A stretch of 63,060 nt of DNA, the filler included, from Bigelowiella natans CCMP2755 (Eukaryota > Protista > Cercozoa): assembly GCA_000320545.1 (NCBI GenBank). It is 8 parts of 8 records of this genome, joined end to end, with 100 filler letters (N's around TTAATTAATTAA, not from the genome) between each part and the next. Parts side by side here need not be neighbours in the genome. Positions count along the whole stretch, not along the records: positions 14,225 to 27,046 come from ADNK01002781.1; positions 27,147 to 39,936 come from ADNK01001444.1; 6 more parts are not named here. One strand, written 5' to 3'. This document shows, in pieces, positions 24,981 to 38,174 of the stretch; position 1 is the first letter of the stretch; each line of letters starts with the position of its first letter. Position numbers and translations under genes: made by a program. The notes below the pieces were generated by a model. That model was not told the origin of the DNA. It saw only the letters and a list, made by a program, of their open reading frames with translations, and did not search any database.

Positions 24981-26171
24981 CGAAACCATGTCCTGGAAAG
25001 GAGATGCATGCAGCATCAATTTGCACTTCAATTGGGTGCGCATATATCTAGCAGATCTAAGTAGATAGATGTGGCATCTGCATGTGAGACGGGTGTGATG
25101 AGACATGACTTACATATTCTCAATATTCGCATCCTAATGTAGACGTATGCAAAGCGGCGACTACAGCGCTAAGATTGGGTTTGTTTCTTTGGACAATTGT
25201 GCATGGCACGTGACACGCGAGAGCGCAAGCAAGCTGTGAACGTACTGCACGTAGCAGCACTAGATGGTAAAAAATAAATACATAAATGCCGCACCGCACC
25301 AGGGACGACACCCTCGCTTGCGCTACGGCGATGCGCTAAACCTTAGGAACAAGCTAGCTTCGCTATGATGCTCATTGCCACAACTCCTTTTCACCTTTGA
25401 GAGGTTCTCAGGCGTGTACTCTCGACATCTCATGAGGCTAGACGGGAAGAAAAACATGACTCGATGGAGGACGTCATAAAATGTTCAAAGGAACCAATGA
25501 GTAATGCAATGTCATTTCTATGAAATATTCTAACATACTGGAAACGCCACACCCGACAGCACATGCTAGCATGAGGAAGACCATTGAACAAAATTTTGAT
25601 TGCATCCGTCTTGCACTCGACGTACAGCGCCATACATTCAACCACAATGTAGATACGATGTTCACAAGTCAGCTAGAAGAAGTGTCCCCGCGGCAGTGGC
25701 TCAAAGCTGCACAAGTGCATGCGCACAATCGCAGAAAGCGAGACATGCTGCACAATCGCTTGCTAATTAATGAACGACTATGTGACGTAGCAGCAACAGG
25801 CATGCAAGACCAGAAAAATATCATAAAAGCTCACTCGAGCATGTAGTACACACACATCTAGACATGGGTACTCGTCTCTAAATAAATCGATCATTGTTGT
25901 GACTACCCATGTAGCGCTCCGCAGAGAAAGTATGTACGAGCACATATTTCACTTTCCTAGCTTTATGGTGCATCATGTTTGCGCTTTCTCAACGTTATCA
26001 TTCGTTTTACCAAGTGTTAAAAGTAATAGCATTCATCAAGGGGCTGCTGTCAATATCATCCAAGCAGCTGAATCATATGCACGCCTGCTAACCATTCTTA
26101 TGTGAAGGAGAGGCAGTTCTTGGTTCATTTCTTCTCCATGAAATCATGTCTCTTCACTGCTTTCGAAGCTC

Positions 26172-26795
26172 TCATTTCCTTGTACGCTTTTCCTTTGTAG
26201 TGTCGACCTCCTCAGTCTTGCCGCGTCTTCTTTTTCTGCGGAATATATGCGAAATGGGCCGTTAGATTCGATGTGTGAATTGTTAGATGGGCCTGCTCCC
26301 GACAGACACCATATCACCAGTGTAGTAGTTCCGTACATGTATTGCCGCCGACGCATGGTTCATTCATAAAGCCAACTTTTTTTTGCACAATGAATTTCCA
26401 CGAAGGTGACCACGCCAAAAGAGAGCAGAGGCAGCAGCATCAGCAGCATCACACCACATCATCACGTCACACGTCACACATATCAGCAGCAGAGCATCAT
26501 CTATCACACCGAACCTTATTTTCGTAGTTTGTTGTTTGCAATCGTCTGCTTCATCGTCAGCGCCAGTGGCGAGGTCTTTGCCGTTGCTATTGTTCTCCTC
26601 CTTCTTTCCATCCGTTATGTGCTCCTCCTCTTCCTTCGTCTCTTCCTCCTTCTTGTCTTTGGGGACTTGCTTCCATTCTCCTACCATCCACTCGTGCGCT
26701 TTGACTTGCTGCAGTGTGCATCTAGATCTGGGGTCAACGGTCATTAGCCGTTTGATGAGGTCCTTCGGAGCCTTCGAAGGAGCCCGCGATATCAT
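26172..26795 (-). CDS. Ser/Thr protein kinase, C-terminal end (5' lost at contig end)
   Basis: Subdomain XI: KDLIKRLMTVDPRSRCTLQQVKAHEWM, then an acidic tail and a basic last exon (KRRRGKTEEVDTTKEKRTRK*). Confidence 0.75.
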
Positions 26796-26935
26796 GTAAT
26801 AACAACAACAGCAGCAACAACAACAACAATAACAACCCAGATAACATGTGTGAGAAGCATCGTTTCGGTGTTCTTTATCTTCTTTCAAGGAAATTCTCCC
26901 ATTGGGATCACTAGCTTGCTTACTCTCCCCCTCCC

Positions 26936-26993
<58 letters not shown>

Positions 26994-27046
26994 TAAGACA
27001 TACACACACACACACGGCTGCAGCTAGATTAATGACCATACCCCGC

Positions 27047-27146
27047 NNNNNNNNNNNNNNNNNNNNNNNNNNNNNNNNNNNNNNNNNNNNTTAATTAATT
27101 AANNNNNNNNNNNNNNNNNNNNNNNNNNNNNNNNNNNNNNNNNNNN
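27047..27146. other. Artificial contig linker
   Basis: N44-TTAATTAATTAA-N44. Confidence 0.99.
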
Positions 27147-27154
27147 CACCAGCC

Positions 27155-27990
27155 GTAGTAGTAGTAGTTGTAGTAGTAGTTGTTGGATAAGTAATCGAAG
27201 TTCTTAGAGTAATGTTTAGCGGTAGTCAAACCGGGGTCCGACTACAAGAAGTAGTTGTAGTAGTAGTAGTAGTAGTAGTAGTAGTTGTAGTGTGGAAAGC
27301 CAATAAAGAAGAAGGGGGGGGGGACGGGGCCCTTTTTTTCCCGTTTGGGACAGGGAGGACGCCACTGATTATGGGGCACAATCTTGCTGGGTTGGGTTGT
27401 TTTTCCAATCGCTATCATCCCCCCCCCTCATCAATATCATCATCATTTGAGGGATTTTTTTTTTTTCCCCCCCCCCCCCCCCCCCCCCCCCTCCCTACCT
27501 CTTCTTTTGTCGGCTTGCATCTCATAATGTCCCGGTAGGCGAGATGGTCTTTGTACAATCGCCGGAACACCTCATACTTACGCTCATGGTACAGTGCTAG
27601 CGCAGGGTCTTGCTCAGGGTACACCTTATTGGTAGCAGTAGCAGTAGCAGCAGCAGTAGTAGTAGTAGTAGTAGTAGTTGTTGTTGTGTAAGTAATCGTA
27701 GTTCTTAGAGTAATGTTTAGCAGTAGTCAAAGCAGGGTCCGACTACAAGAAGTAGTTGTAGTAGTAGTAGTAGTAGTAGTAGTAGTTGTAGTGTGGAAAG
27801 ACAATAAAGAAGAAGAGAGGGAGGACAGGTGCCTTTTCTTGCCGTTTGCGACAGTGACGACGACACTGATTATGGCGCACAATCTTGCTGTGTTGCGTTG
27901 CTCTTCCAATCGCTATCATCCCCCCATCATCATCAATATCATCATCATCTGAGCGATTCTTCTCTCCCTTCCCCCCCCCCCCCCCCCCAC
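27155..27990. repeat. ~330-bp direct duplication (27155-27490 vs 27655-27990)
   Basis: Near-identical text. The contig-edge copy has homopolymer-inflated errors, so this is probably an assembly artefact. Confidence 0.8.
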
Positions 27991-29198
27991 TCTCTCTCTC
28001 CCCCCGCCAATATCATTACCTGCCCAGGTTCAAGCACCCAGTAGCCGCCAACGACGGCATCTGCGAACGGTCCCCACACGCCTGGAACGAAGTGAGGCTC
28101 TTTCGAAAGCGTCAGGTGGCACGTGGAGGTGCCGCATATCAACGCCATCCGCCTCCCCAGTGGGATATCGACTCCGTTCTTCTTCTCTACCTTCGCTCCG
28201 AGCGTTCCAAGGGCCCCGGCATGAGCGTCGATGAGGCCGACACCCACAACCGTACCTGTGCACGAAAAAGCGGCGAACAAAAGCAAAAAGCATCATCGAC
28301 CGAGTCCCCGCCTCTCCCTCCTCCCCCCCCCCCCTTCCTCATCTTCTCCCTTCAAGTGGTGGTCTCGGTGTTAGATTACCTGGGATCAGTCCCATCTCCT
28401 TCGCAGCCTGCTCACTAAGACCGCCAATCTTCTCGCCGATGTCTTTCACTGTCTGTCCAATGCGCTCGTAGTTCTCTGCCACCAGCTCCTCCAGTCCTAT
28501 CTTCTTGAAGAAATCAGCCGACCAGCCCGCCGACGCGTTTCCAGCTATAATGTTACGGGGGGGAAGGGGGGGGGGAGAGACGGGAAGGTTTTAACTTCTT
28601 TCACTACGATGATGATGATAATGATGATGATGATGATCCTGATGAAGGAAGAAGACAACGCCGTACGACCAAGATCCGGCCACCGCCTGCCACTACTACT
28701 ACTACTGCTGCTACCAGCACGAAAAAGATACCTGCTGCAGCTTTGTGTGGGAGATACGTCCATTTGCAAGCAAGGGTGCATTTGCTTCGCACGTCGACCT
28801 GAAGGGGAAGGAAACAAGAAGAAATGGAGGAGGAGGACATTATGTGATTTAGACGGAGAGGAAGCTAATAGCATCACCTAGTTGCGGAGTAGATTTTCGG
28901 TAGGAATGTCCAACATGCAGGCAAGTACGCACATGTATAATACCTCCGTCGCTCGATACGCAAGGAAGTCTGTGAGGTCCATGAACTTTCCCGCATCTGA
29001 TGTGAAATACGACCGAGTGGTGTTATCACGTACATAGTGGGTGGCGACTCAGTACTTCGTCATCGTTCGAATCGTCGATGAGGGAGAACTACGTGCTGGT
29101 GAAACTACTACTTTCAAACGTCATTTTCTTCCGCCTCTTAAGCCACATCAGCTTTGGAGTCTGGGGAAAGGAAGGGATGAGAGAAGAAGAGGGATACA

Positions 29199-29256
<58 letters not shown>

Positions 29257-30621
29257 AGAATTGAAGGGGATCAAAACGAACGACTGAGAGCAATAGAAGG
29301 AAAGAAACTTCCTTTTCCAAAATGGGTTCCCTCTCCCTGCTTCTCCTCCTCCTCCTCCTCCTCCTCCTCCCATTCTTCGCTTTACCTCCATCTCAATCGA
29401 TACTTGCCCGCCAACATACTTGAGGACCTCGTGATTTGTCGCGTTTATTTCGTCCGTTTCCTTATAGCTGAACGACGAGCGAGTAGTAGCAGAAAAGGGG
29501 TTATGAGTGTCCCTCTATACGGGTGGCATGCTAGCGTGTTGATGATGGTAGTTGTCAAGATGAAAAATTGAGATGCTTGCGATCTTTGTGCTGCACGTAC
29601 GCGCGGTGGTCACGCCACATGATGATGTTCCATCTATCGTCATTCCGAGATTCTCCAATGCTAACACTCAGCGGACGGTCCTGGAAGTGAGAAGAGAAAA
29701 GTAGCAAGGAAGATAAGCATGGGAAGGCACGCGGCTGTGTCCTGCTTTTCGGTCTTCCTTCAACTAGCTGAATGCCATATATGCACTGCCGCTGCGTTGG
29801 GTGAGATGCGTGAGATTGCGCACCTTTTTGTCAAGGACGACAAGCGAGCACGTGGCGTCGAATCCTATACCCCTTATTTTCTCTGGGGTGACGTCCTTAG
29901 CCTTCGCGAGTGTATCCTTTGACGCCTTGCACACTTTTCCCCAAATCTGAGTGGCAGAATTTTCACAGCAGGAAGAAGTGAGCGAAGCAGTAGAGTAGAA
30001 GGACAAAGTGCATGCCCCAGGAAAGGATGAGGAGACGAGCCCACCCCCCTTCCTCGTTTGATCAAAGTTTTAACGGGAAGCATCCTAATTTACTCTCGAA
30101 AATCGTGATGATCTACATCATCGTGTCAATTGGAGCTCACCTCATCGCTGGATTGCTCGTAGTAGTCGACACGAGGGTTATTGGTGGAGATCTTCTCCTA
30201 GAATTTTGGGGGGGGGGGGAGATGTTTAGGGTTAGTTAGATGTTTATATTATAGACGCACAATCTCTATCGCAAGCCTAACAGCAATGTGATAAAGAAAA
30301 GGATGCGAAAGATTATCCATCTGAAAGACTCACCACGCTCCAGGCCAACAGCCGGCCGGTGCTGTCGCAGATTCCGACCTGGTATGGCAGACGTACGATC
30401 ATCAGAACTGCGGTGTACATAGTAACTCGATGGGCTTATACGATTTTAGTTAATGTACCCGCACAGACCCACTGCCGCAGTCCACCCCCATGAAGTACTC
30501 GACCTTCTTCCCATTTCCGCCCGCATCTGAAAGAATGAATCACGACGAAAAGGGTCAGGGATGGGGCGGGGCGGAGGGCACAGATGTCAGATTTCGAATA
30601 CACACCGTTTTCAGACGGCAT
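27496..30621 (-). CDS. FGGY: FGGY-family pentulose (D-ribulo)kinase; internal exons missing from assembly
   Basis: YFMGVDCGSGSVR, YEQSSDE|IWGKVC, IRGIGFDATCSLVVLD, NIIMWRDHRA, LKYVGGQVSIEME|TPKLMWLK, GLIDAHAGALG, ALICGTSTCH, VPGVWGPF, and C-terminal YHERKYEVFRRLYKDHLAYRDIM. Confidence 0.92.
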
Positions 30622-30906
30622 CTCGACGATATTATTTCTGGGTAGGCTGAATCAGTCTCGTCTCTCAGGAATATGGAGGCGAGGGGGGGGCGAAACCCAG
30701 GCGACGTCTAAGGCAACTAGCTAAGACGGAAGTATTTTCTGACCCTTACATAGAGCAGGCAACTTTTACTTAGCGTAATATCATAGGGTAATTTCTTAAT
30801 GCGTCAACCAATATTCGACGAATTTTAAATAAAATCGCAAGACATGTCAGCTGCCTAAAAAAGTTAAACGCGGGGAGCTGAGCCTTACAGTTGGTGCTGG
30901 TCATCC

Positions 30907-30942
30907 AGCCTACCGACCGGCCGAGCGGCCGGTCGGTAGGCT
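30907..30942. repeat. Perfect 16-bp-stem hairpin in divergent intergenic region
   Basis: AGCCTACCGACCGGCC-GAGC-GGCCGGTCGGTAGGCT. Confidence 0.9.
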
Positions 30943-31159
30943 CGGAACGCCTGAAAATACAGCTCAATGAGCCGCCAGATAGATGTCGCAGGCGCAATTT
31001 CACCTTCATTTGTACCCCCCTACCCAAAAGATGTACGAGAAAGGTACCACACGGACAGGGTTGTCCAGCCCACAGTCCGGAAATGAGTTAAGTAATGGCA
31101 TGGGCTTAGGCCTCTGCGACAAGCTTCAGCTTGTTTGTGGGCGAAGTTGGATTGGTTTT

Positions 31160-31474
31160 ATCATGACGCAGGGCGGAATTCCAGGCGTTTGGGCGTTGGT
31201 AGATAGTATTGGCTGGGGGAATTTCGAATCCCGGATCAACCCCTACCCGATCTCTTGGCACAATGGCGTCCAAGCCCGAGGCTATCAGCCCCTCTGGTGA
31301 CGCGAAGAAGACAGATGGGAAAGACTCGCAACGTATTGATATTTGAGTGTTTGTTTTAATTTTGAGGAGAAAGTGGGACGAGGGAGATTTCGGGTTGTTG
31401 CACAGGACTGCAATGGTGTCTGTGAAGAGGAACTTGTGTGGATGGAATACTTGTTAGCAAGATATTCCACACAC

Positions 31475-31517
<43 letters not shown>

Positions 31518-32253
31518 CACACACACATGCACGTAGAGAACGAAGAGTGAGAAAAAAGGGGAAGTGAGAGAGGAGGGGGGGGAGCGGGAATACGCAATTA
31601 CAACGTGGCTGCGTTTCGTATCAGCGGTAGAGAAATACGACTTGGGATATCTGATGGCCCCGCTATCCCGCCATCGTCTCGAGATGGTGCTTGCAAGGGT
31701 AATCATAGACAAATATGCTGCAAGATCACCATGAAATCAATTTTGTGTGCGTCGAAAAGGTTATCGTGAATTATCCCGAAGAGGTTGAAAGGTTGCTAGA
31801 GGTAGGTCGCAACTTCTTGAGGATGCCGAACCCTCTTGCTGTGCTCCCCTCTGCGGAATCTAAAATCAATGACGACAGTGTTTTATGAATCCTTCATCTT
31901 CCTCTCACCTCCTCTTTCTCCTCCTCTTTCTCTCCCTTTCGCTACAGCTCTTCTACTAATGCCTCTCATAACACCAACGGTGTAGATGTGCGCGTCTGAT
32001 ATCCCATGCCATTGATATAAACAATAGGAGAGCCGCAAGGCTGCCGATTTCGTGGCCATTGGTAACGAGATCAAAACGATGCTTGATGATCAGGTTGGAT
32101 GGATATGTACCGTGCATGCACTATAACGCAGAGGAGAAGGGGGGAGGGAGAGAGAGAGATAATAGCGCGCTATCTTTCAGACTGGGCCTAATCGCACATA
32201 AAAACATCGAGCACATATGCACAAGAAGCAGTCGTGTTGCGTTTATGAACACT

Positions 32254-32301
<48 letters not shown>

Positions 32302-32709
32302 ACAAAAACAACACAAAGGGAATCGACGTGTTGGAGGCCATGGAGCACTTCGAGCATCACATCAAGTAAGTAGTGGGACAAACAACACAAGCGGCGATTT
32401 GGGCGTGCAAAGAGTGACGGAGAGGGTATCCGAATGGAAGAGTCCCATATTAGATATCTAGAAGACATTTGTACACACACACACACACGCACGCACACAT
32501 ACACATGCAAGCATGCATGAGAAATATTTTTATTCCCGTCATTATATCTACAGGCTGGCCCGCAACTACGCCAAGGCAAAGGACGCGAACAACGCTCTCC
32601 TCATTCTAAAGACAGTAACGACGGTCAGTCACCGCAGCACGCCTGGAACGGACAGCTGTGCTGTGAAGAAGACTGAGAAGCGATAGATAGTGAATACACA
32701 TATATGTAA

Positions 32710-32774
<65 letters not shown>

Positions 32775-34350
32775 GAAGAAGGGACACGGATACAACATCC
32801 ACACGCTGATTAAATCAAATGGAAGAGTAGTAGCGCATCTAACTCTGTTGCGTGTACCTGTCAGCCCCTAGTGAGCGCGTTGGTGAAGCGCGGGAAAGTG
32901 CCGGAAGGGGAGGTAGCCGCGCATGGTGAGAGGGGTTCGGAAGGAAAGCATGACCGTGATCTGTTGGTGTATGTGTGCGTGTGTGTGTGTGTGTGTGAAA
33001 GTAAATCTTACTGTTTCCTTCTATCAACCTATCAACCTCATTGAATCAATCAATACTCGATCTTGCTTTGATTCCCTCGTCTCTTTTCAAAACTGTCTAC
33101 TTGCTCGCCTCCCCACCCCATCTCCCCCCCCTCCCCAAAAAAAGGCTAGATCTGAGCTAGACGAGTTCATTATCTTGTTGGAGACGACATGGCAGGAAGC
33201 GATAACTGTCATCGATGAAAGTGTGTGCATATTTACTCGTCATTCTCATAGCATTGTGCAGCAAGGCTCGGTGTAGTAGGAAGTGGTAGGAGAGGCTGCT
33301 GGTAGTGGGTGGGAATGTTCGCCAAGGCAGCACAGAAAGAGCAGAGAGAGGAGGAGAAGGAGGGGAAGGCAGTAAAGAAGGGAGAGAAAGGGAGATGTGA
33401 AATGCAATCGTTCGTGGGCTCGTGCCAAAAACAACGTGACGGAGCCCTGAATGGCTCAAATGGCGTTTCCCATCAACACGAGTAGATGGAAATTCAATGA
33501 TGAATCCCCACAGAAGAGAGAAACCTCCATCGTTGCTTATATTCTCGGGAGAAAGTAGCATAATGAGAGGATATTAACACACACAGAGAGAGAGAGAGAG
33601 GAGGACGGGGGGTGGGGGGGGGAGTACCTCTTTTGAGTTGGGTGTACTACAATCGCCTCAACCATTTGTTTTCTTTCCTTTTGCTACTCCTTCTCAACTC
33701 CCCCCCCCCCCCCCCCACTTTCCCGCCATTTTTTATCATCCTCTGCGTAAGAAATGACGTCCTCGGAGCTGATGGAGATATTCAAGGAGTTGTCGAAGCA
33801 CAGAATCGCCTTGACGACGCTCCTTGGCCCTATTTTCAGGTGTAATTTTATAAATCCTGCTGTCATTTCCTTTTAGGAGGAAAAGAGAACTTTCTTCGAT
33901 TCCCCATCGTTGTCATGCTAGCATGATCAGTCCCTCTCTTCCTATTTCCTCTTACGTATCTTCCCCCTCTTCTTCATTTCCGCCCCCTCCCCCCTCCTCA
34001 CTAGCGACCCACTACGGGTATTGAAGAAGCGTATCCGGAAGATGATGGATGCAAGGTGGTGTTAGGGGGGGGGGGGCGGGAGGGCAATTGTGATCAGTCC
34101 AGTATTGTTTTGCAGAAATCTTCTCATTATCCCCTCCCCCTGTTGGTCATTCCCATTTCATACACGTGTAATTTTGCATGCAGAAAGAGAAGAGAGAAAG
34201 AGAGGGCTTAAAAGGAACCACTTTTTCTTTCCCTGACTCATCGCAAACACCTTCTATCCTGACCTTCTTTCTCCCGTTGCATTCCCAGCGAAAGCAGCTC
34301 ACGACCCTCCAAAATGCCGAAACAAGGATGAACATAAAGACTTGAAGTAA
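31160..34350 (+). CDS. Hypothetical alpha-helical protein (spliced)
   Basis: Exons such as GIDVLEAMEHFEHHIK|LARNYAKAKDANNALLILKTVTT, ARSELDEFIILLETTWQEAI and MTSSELMEIFKELSKHRIALTTLLGPIF. Ends uncertain. Confidence 0.5.
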
Positions 34351-34805
34351 TGATAAATGGATGACTTAGTAATAACCTTCAATTCCAGCTTATCTAGTTA
34401 ATCTTTTCCACTCTTCGTATCGACCTTGCTCAACGAAAAATTGCCGCTAATGAACAGCAAAATGACCCAGCGATGCGCGTTATTATATTACATGTCGTCT
34501 CGCTTGCAGGCATTTACGGTATGCAATTAAATTGATCTTCCGTAGTTGGAAAAATCCTGACCAGTTGTCAAGGGGAGGCAAGCTAGCAGGCCAATACGCT
34601 GTAGAATTCTTCCTCCATTTTTGATTTGTGCGTTATTTACTAAAGTAGTGCACCGCGGCGACTGCGTGTAATTGCTAGTTCGCGACTAGACATCGCAGCG
34701 CATACACAATGTGCAAGGCATCGCACCGATCGCCGATGGCTGAACATGGCGCGCCCGAAAACCTCATAGCGTTGGAGTCCTTCATCCACACATGCATTAT
34801 ACCCG

Positions 34806-34879
34806 CTTTGCACAGCTACATTATTAGGATGACCATTGAAAAATGCAATTAATCTATTCATTAAATCCGTCTCATATAT
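34806..34879 (+). repeat. Copy of a short dispersed repeat (also 48285-48346, 48415-48482, 53352-53425)
   Basis: Shared core GCTACATT..AGGATGACCATTGAA...ATCCGTCTCATATAT. Confidence 0.7.
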
Positions 34880-34966
34880 GCGATGTCCGTATGTCTGCGA
34901 CGACAGACGCACACGTCGATCTACGTTGTAAGTTTTTACACATTGTTATTAGCAATCCTTCACGCA

Positions 34967-36547
34967 TCAGAAAGACTCTCGGATCTTGTGTTCAGATGCA
35001 GGTTCGCCTTGCGCAAGACCACCGTTGGCAGTTTTGGGCAGTTTTTCCTCAGTCATACTAGCGGCGTCCTCTGCCGCCTCTGCTATGACATCGTCGTTGC
35101 CGATATCCTCTTTTTCCTCCCCATCATAAAACAAGTCATCCCCGTCGCCCTCGTCCGTAGGAAGCCGCCTTATCGGCACGCGCTGAGCTCCGCCATAGCT
35201 CGGAGAATCGTCTTCGAATTCTGGAAAGTAGTCAGGTCGCCCGCACTGTAGCCACAGAGCGTATATGGCGCCAACAAGAGCCGCCGTCTATAAAGGTGGA
35301 AATTGTGTCGGTGAGGATCGGTGGGGATCGGTCAAGTTGTTGTTCATTTTCCATCTGCGTGGAACGTGTGGGGGGAAAGGATGGGAGCATGGCATCCGCA
35401 GGGTCGACGACAGACGACGGTGATGACGATATACGATCGAAATGATGAAGAAGGTGGCGATGTTGTGCCAAGGCGGCATGAAGCCAACGTGTCGGCTAGA
35501 GAGAGAAAGAGAGCCGCAAGTCATCTATCTACTGATCCCTCTTCCCACGTAGACGGGACAAACTCAAATAAAGGAAAATGTGTGTGTGTGTGTGTGTGTT
35601 TTGGAATCCTTGACTCCTTTCATCATCATCATCATCATCATCATGTTAATTATCATCAGCAACAAATTCCGACCTGGATGAGGAAGAGGATGCTGATTCC
35701 GGCTAGAGCTGTGATCATTGACCAGTGGTACATCATGTAGCGCAGCCCTGCAGCACAATAAAGTAGTACACCGATACGAAATAAATATTTATACGCACGC
35801 ATACACACTCACTCACTCACACACACACACACACACACAGATATGCACATATATGTACACACATATATACATATATGTGCATATATGTACGTGTAATATA
35901 CAAATTTGCCCATTCCCCGGCAAACACACATTGACACCACGCACACACAAAATGCACGCTCACACTCTCACAACTACACACACGCACACACGCATAGATC
36001 TCAGATCCTGCACATGCCGTCTGCTCGCCTCTCCATCGCCGTGCGGTCCGCGCCTCCACTCGTACCTTTGAGTTGCGTTTTGATGTGAATCGACGCCTTG
36101 GTGACCTGCACCGTGTCGCTCAGCACGACACGCACAATGGCAGACCGGATGTAAGGATGCTCTCTGAATTTCTCGATAAGAGGCACGGAAAGCGTCACCG
36201 AATCGTCGACCACGCCAAAAGACGAGGAGGAGGAGGGGGAGAGCAGCTGGAAGAGGGAAAAGAACCAGGAGGACGGTGCCCCCCACCACCCATTTAGCGA
36301 GCTTGAAATGAGGCGGAATGGAATGGTCACAGGGCGCGAGGATGAGGCGATCGTATCGAATTTGCGGCGTGATATATCCTATAGTGTCGGGGGGAGGGGG
36401 GGGGGGGGTGGGATATTGTGCCAAGATGACTATCAGAGGTGTTTACCTCCTTCACATTGACAGGAGGCACGTACGATAGCGTACCAACAGTGAGCTACAA
36501 GGAGAGCATATGACGTCATATATGCATAATCTTCTCAATACAAATAC

Positions 36548-36589
<42 letters not shown>

Positions 36590-36839
36590 CGTGTGTGTGC
36601 GTACGAGGTTTCTATCCTTTGTTTCTGTACAACAACCGTATAGCGCAGATCGCTAGATATGGCGATTTCGTTGGAGCGCGTTTCCTCAGTGAGGCAGGTT
36701 TGGAACTCCCCCTCCCCCTCTCGGCACTTGTCGACCTGAGTCTCCGTCAGGGAACGTGGGTCTATCAGCTCTGATACCTATGATGAAACCGAAGGTGATG
36801 GCGCTGCTGGTGATGATGTAGTCATGAATAGTGACAACG

Positions 36840-36871
<32 letters not shown>

Positions 36872-37225
36872 GATGATGACGACAGCTCGTCACTGGTAGC
36901 AAACAGTACTGACCGCAAGTCACTTCCATCTCCACTCACCCCTCCCCCCTCCCCAAATTTGGGACGCCCTCACCTGCTGGTGGTCCGCTAGAATCTCCAT
37001 TTTCGCCATAAACGATCCGATTTCAAGGTTTCGCTGAGAAGAATAGGAGGAAGCGATGGAATGATGAGGGATTGTTGTCATTGCTGAAGATTATGAAACA
37101 AAGCTGGCAAGCATTCTCTCCCCCCATACGCTATCGTACGTTCTCGTCTCTCAACAACTTTTTTGAGCGGGAAAAGAAAGAGATGGCGAGGTAGCATCAT
37201 CACAGCCGCAAATCAACAGCAGTAT

Positions 37226-37261
<36 letters not shown>

Positions 37262-38174
37262 CAATAATAAGCAGTAGTCGTCGTATGTGCCTTGGTGATG
37301 GCCACGTGCAGTAGGAGGCGGAAGTCATATTCCACATCAGTGATCAGGAGGAACGGTGACTCGCTGTACATCGACCTCGTGAGGTTGAGCCTAGAGACAT
37401 AATGATAAGGAGGAGGAGGAGGAGGAGGAGGAAGAAGAAGAAGAAATGATAAAGAACAATGGCGACGCAAGCTCCATCTAATAGCTACGAGATAGATGCT
37501 GAAGGCTGCGACGAGGGAAATAGAACAAGGGGTGTGGGGAGACGACCTGCTTCCGTGATGAGCCCATTGCCTGTCTTTTTCCAGCAACTTGACCAATGCT
37601 GTGGGTGGTTGTGGCCTCTTGGGAAAACTTGCCGAATTCAGACCCTGGTGAGGCGTATGTTAGATATATGTTTCTGCATGCAGAGAGTGATTGCGCCTCT
37701 TGCAGGGGGGGGTAAGAAGCAACACGCGCCCATCGCATTCTCAAAGTTGTTATAAACAACCTGGGCATAGTCAAAGTAGGCTGGTAGCTCATGGACTGCC
37801 ACGGGGATGTATAGATTGTAGACCGCAGCATAGATCAGCGTGGACGAAAAGAACGTGAGCACTGAAACGAGGAACAGTCCTATCAACCCGGCTCTGATTT
37901 GTATCATTACGTGGAGGGTGGGAGAGGATCGTATTACATCATTAATAAAGTTCAATCCGATTCTTTACCTTCCCCTTTTCTCCCTCTCCATATCTCTTCC
38001 TCCCCTCTCTCTCCATCGCCCCATACATCATTCCCCTTACATCGCAATGAAGGTGGTTCTTCCGATCCTGATAGCAACCGCCTTTATAATTCCGAGCACA
38101 CTCGTGATAGGTGTTGTGAGGAATCCCCAGATTGCTTCAAGCATCGCCCTCAGCGACGAAGAGAGCGACGACAT
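34967..38174 (-). CDS. BSCL2: Seipin (BSCL2-like lipid-droplet assembly protein)
   Basis: TM1 then LIYAAVYNLYIPVAVHELPAYFDY; YDFRLLLHV..|RNLEIGSFM; IASSSRPVTIPF; KASIHIKTQLKG|LRYMMYHWSM followed by TM2; acidic tail; stop TGA at 34967. Confidence 0.88.
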
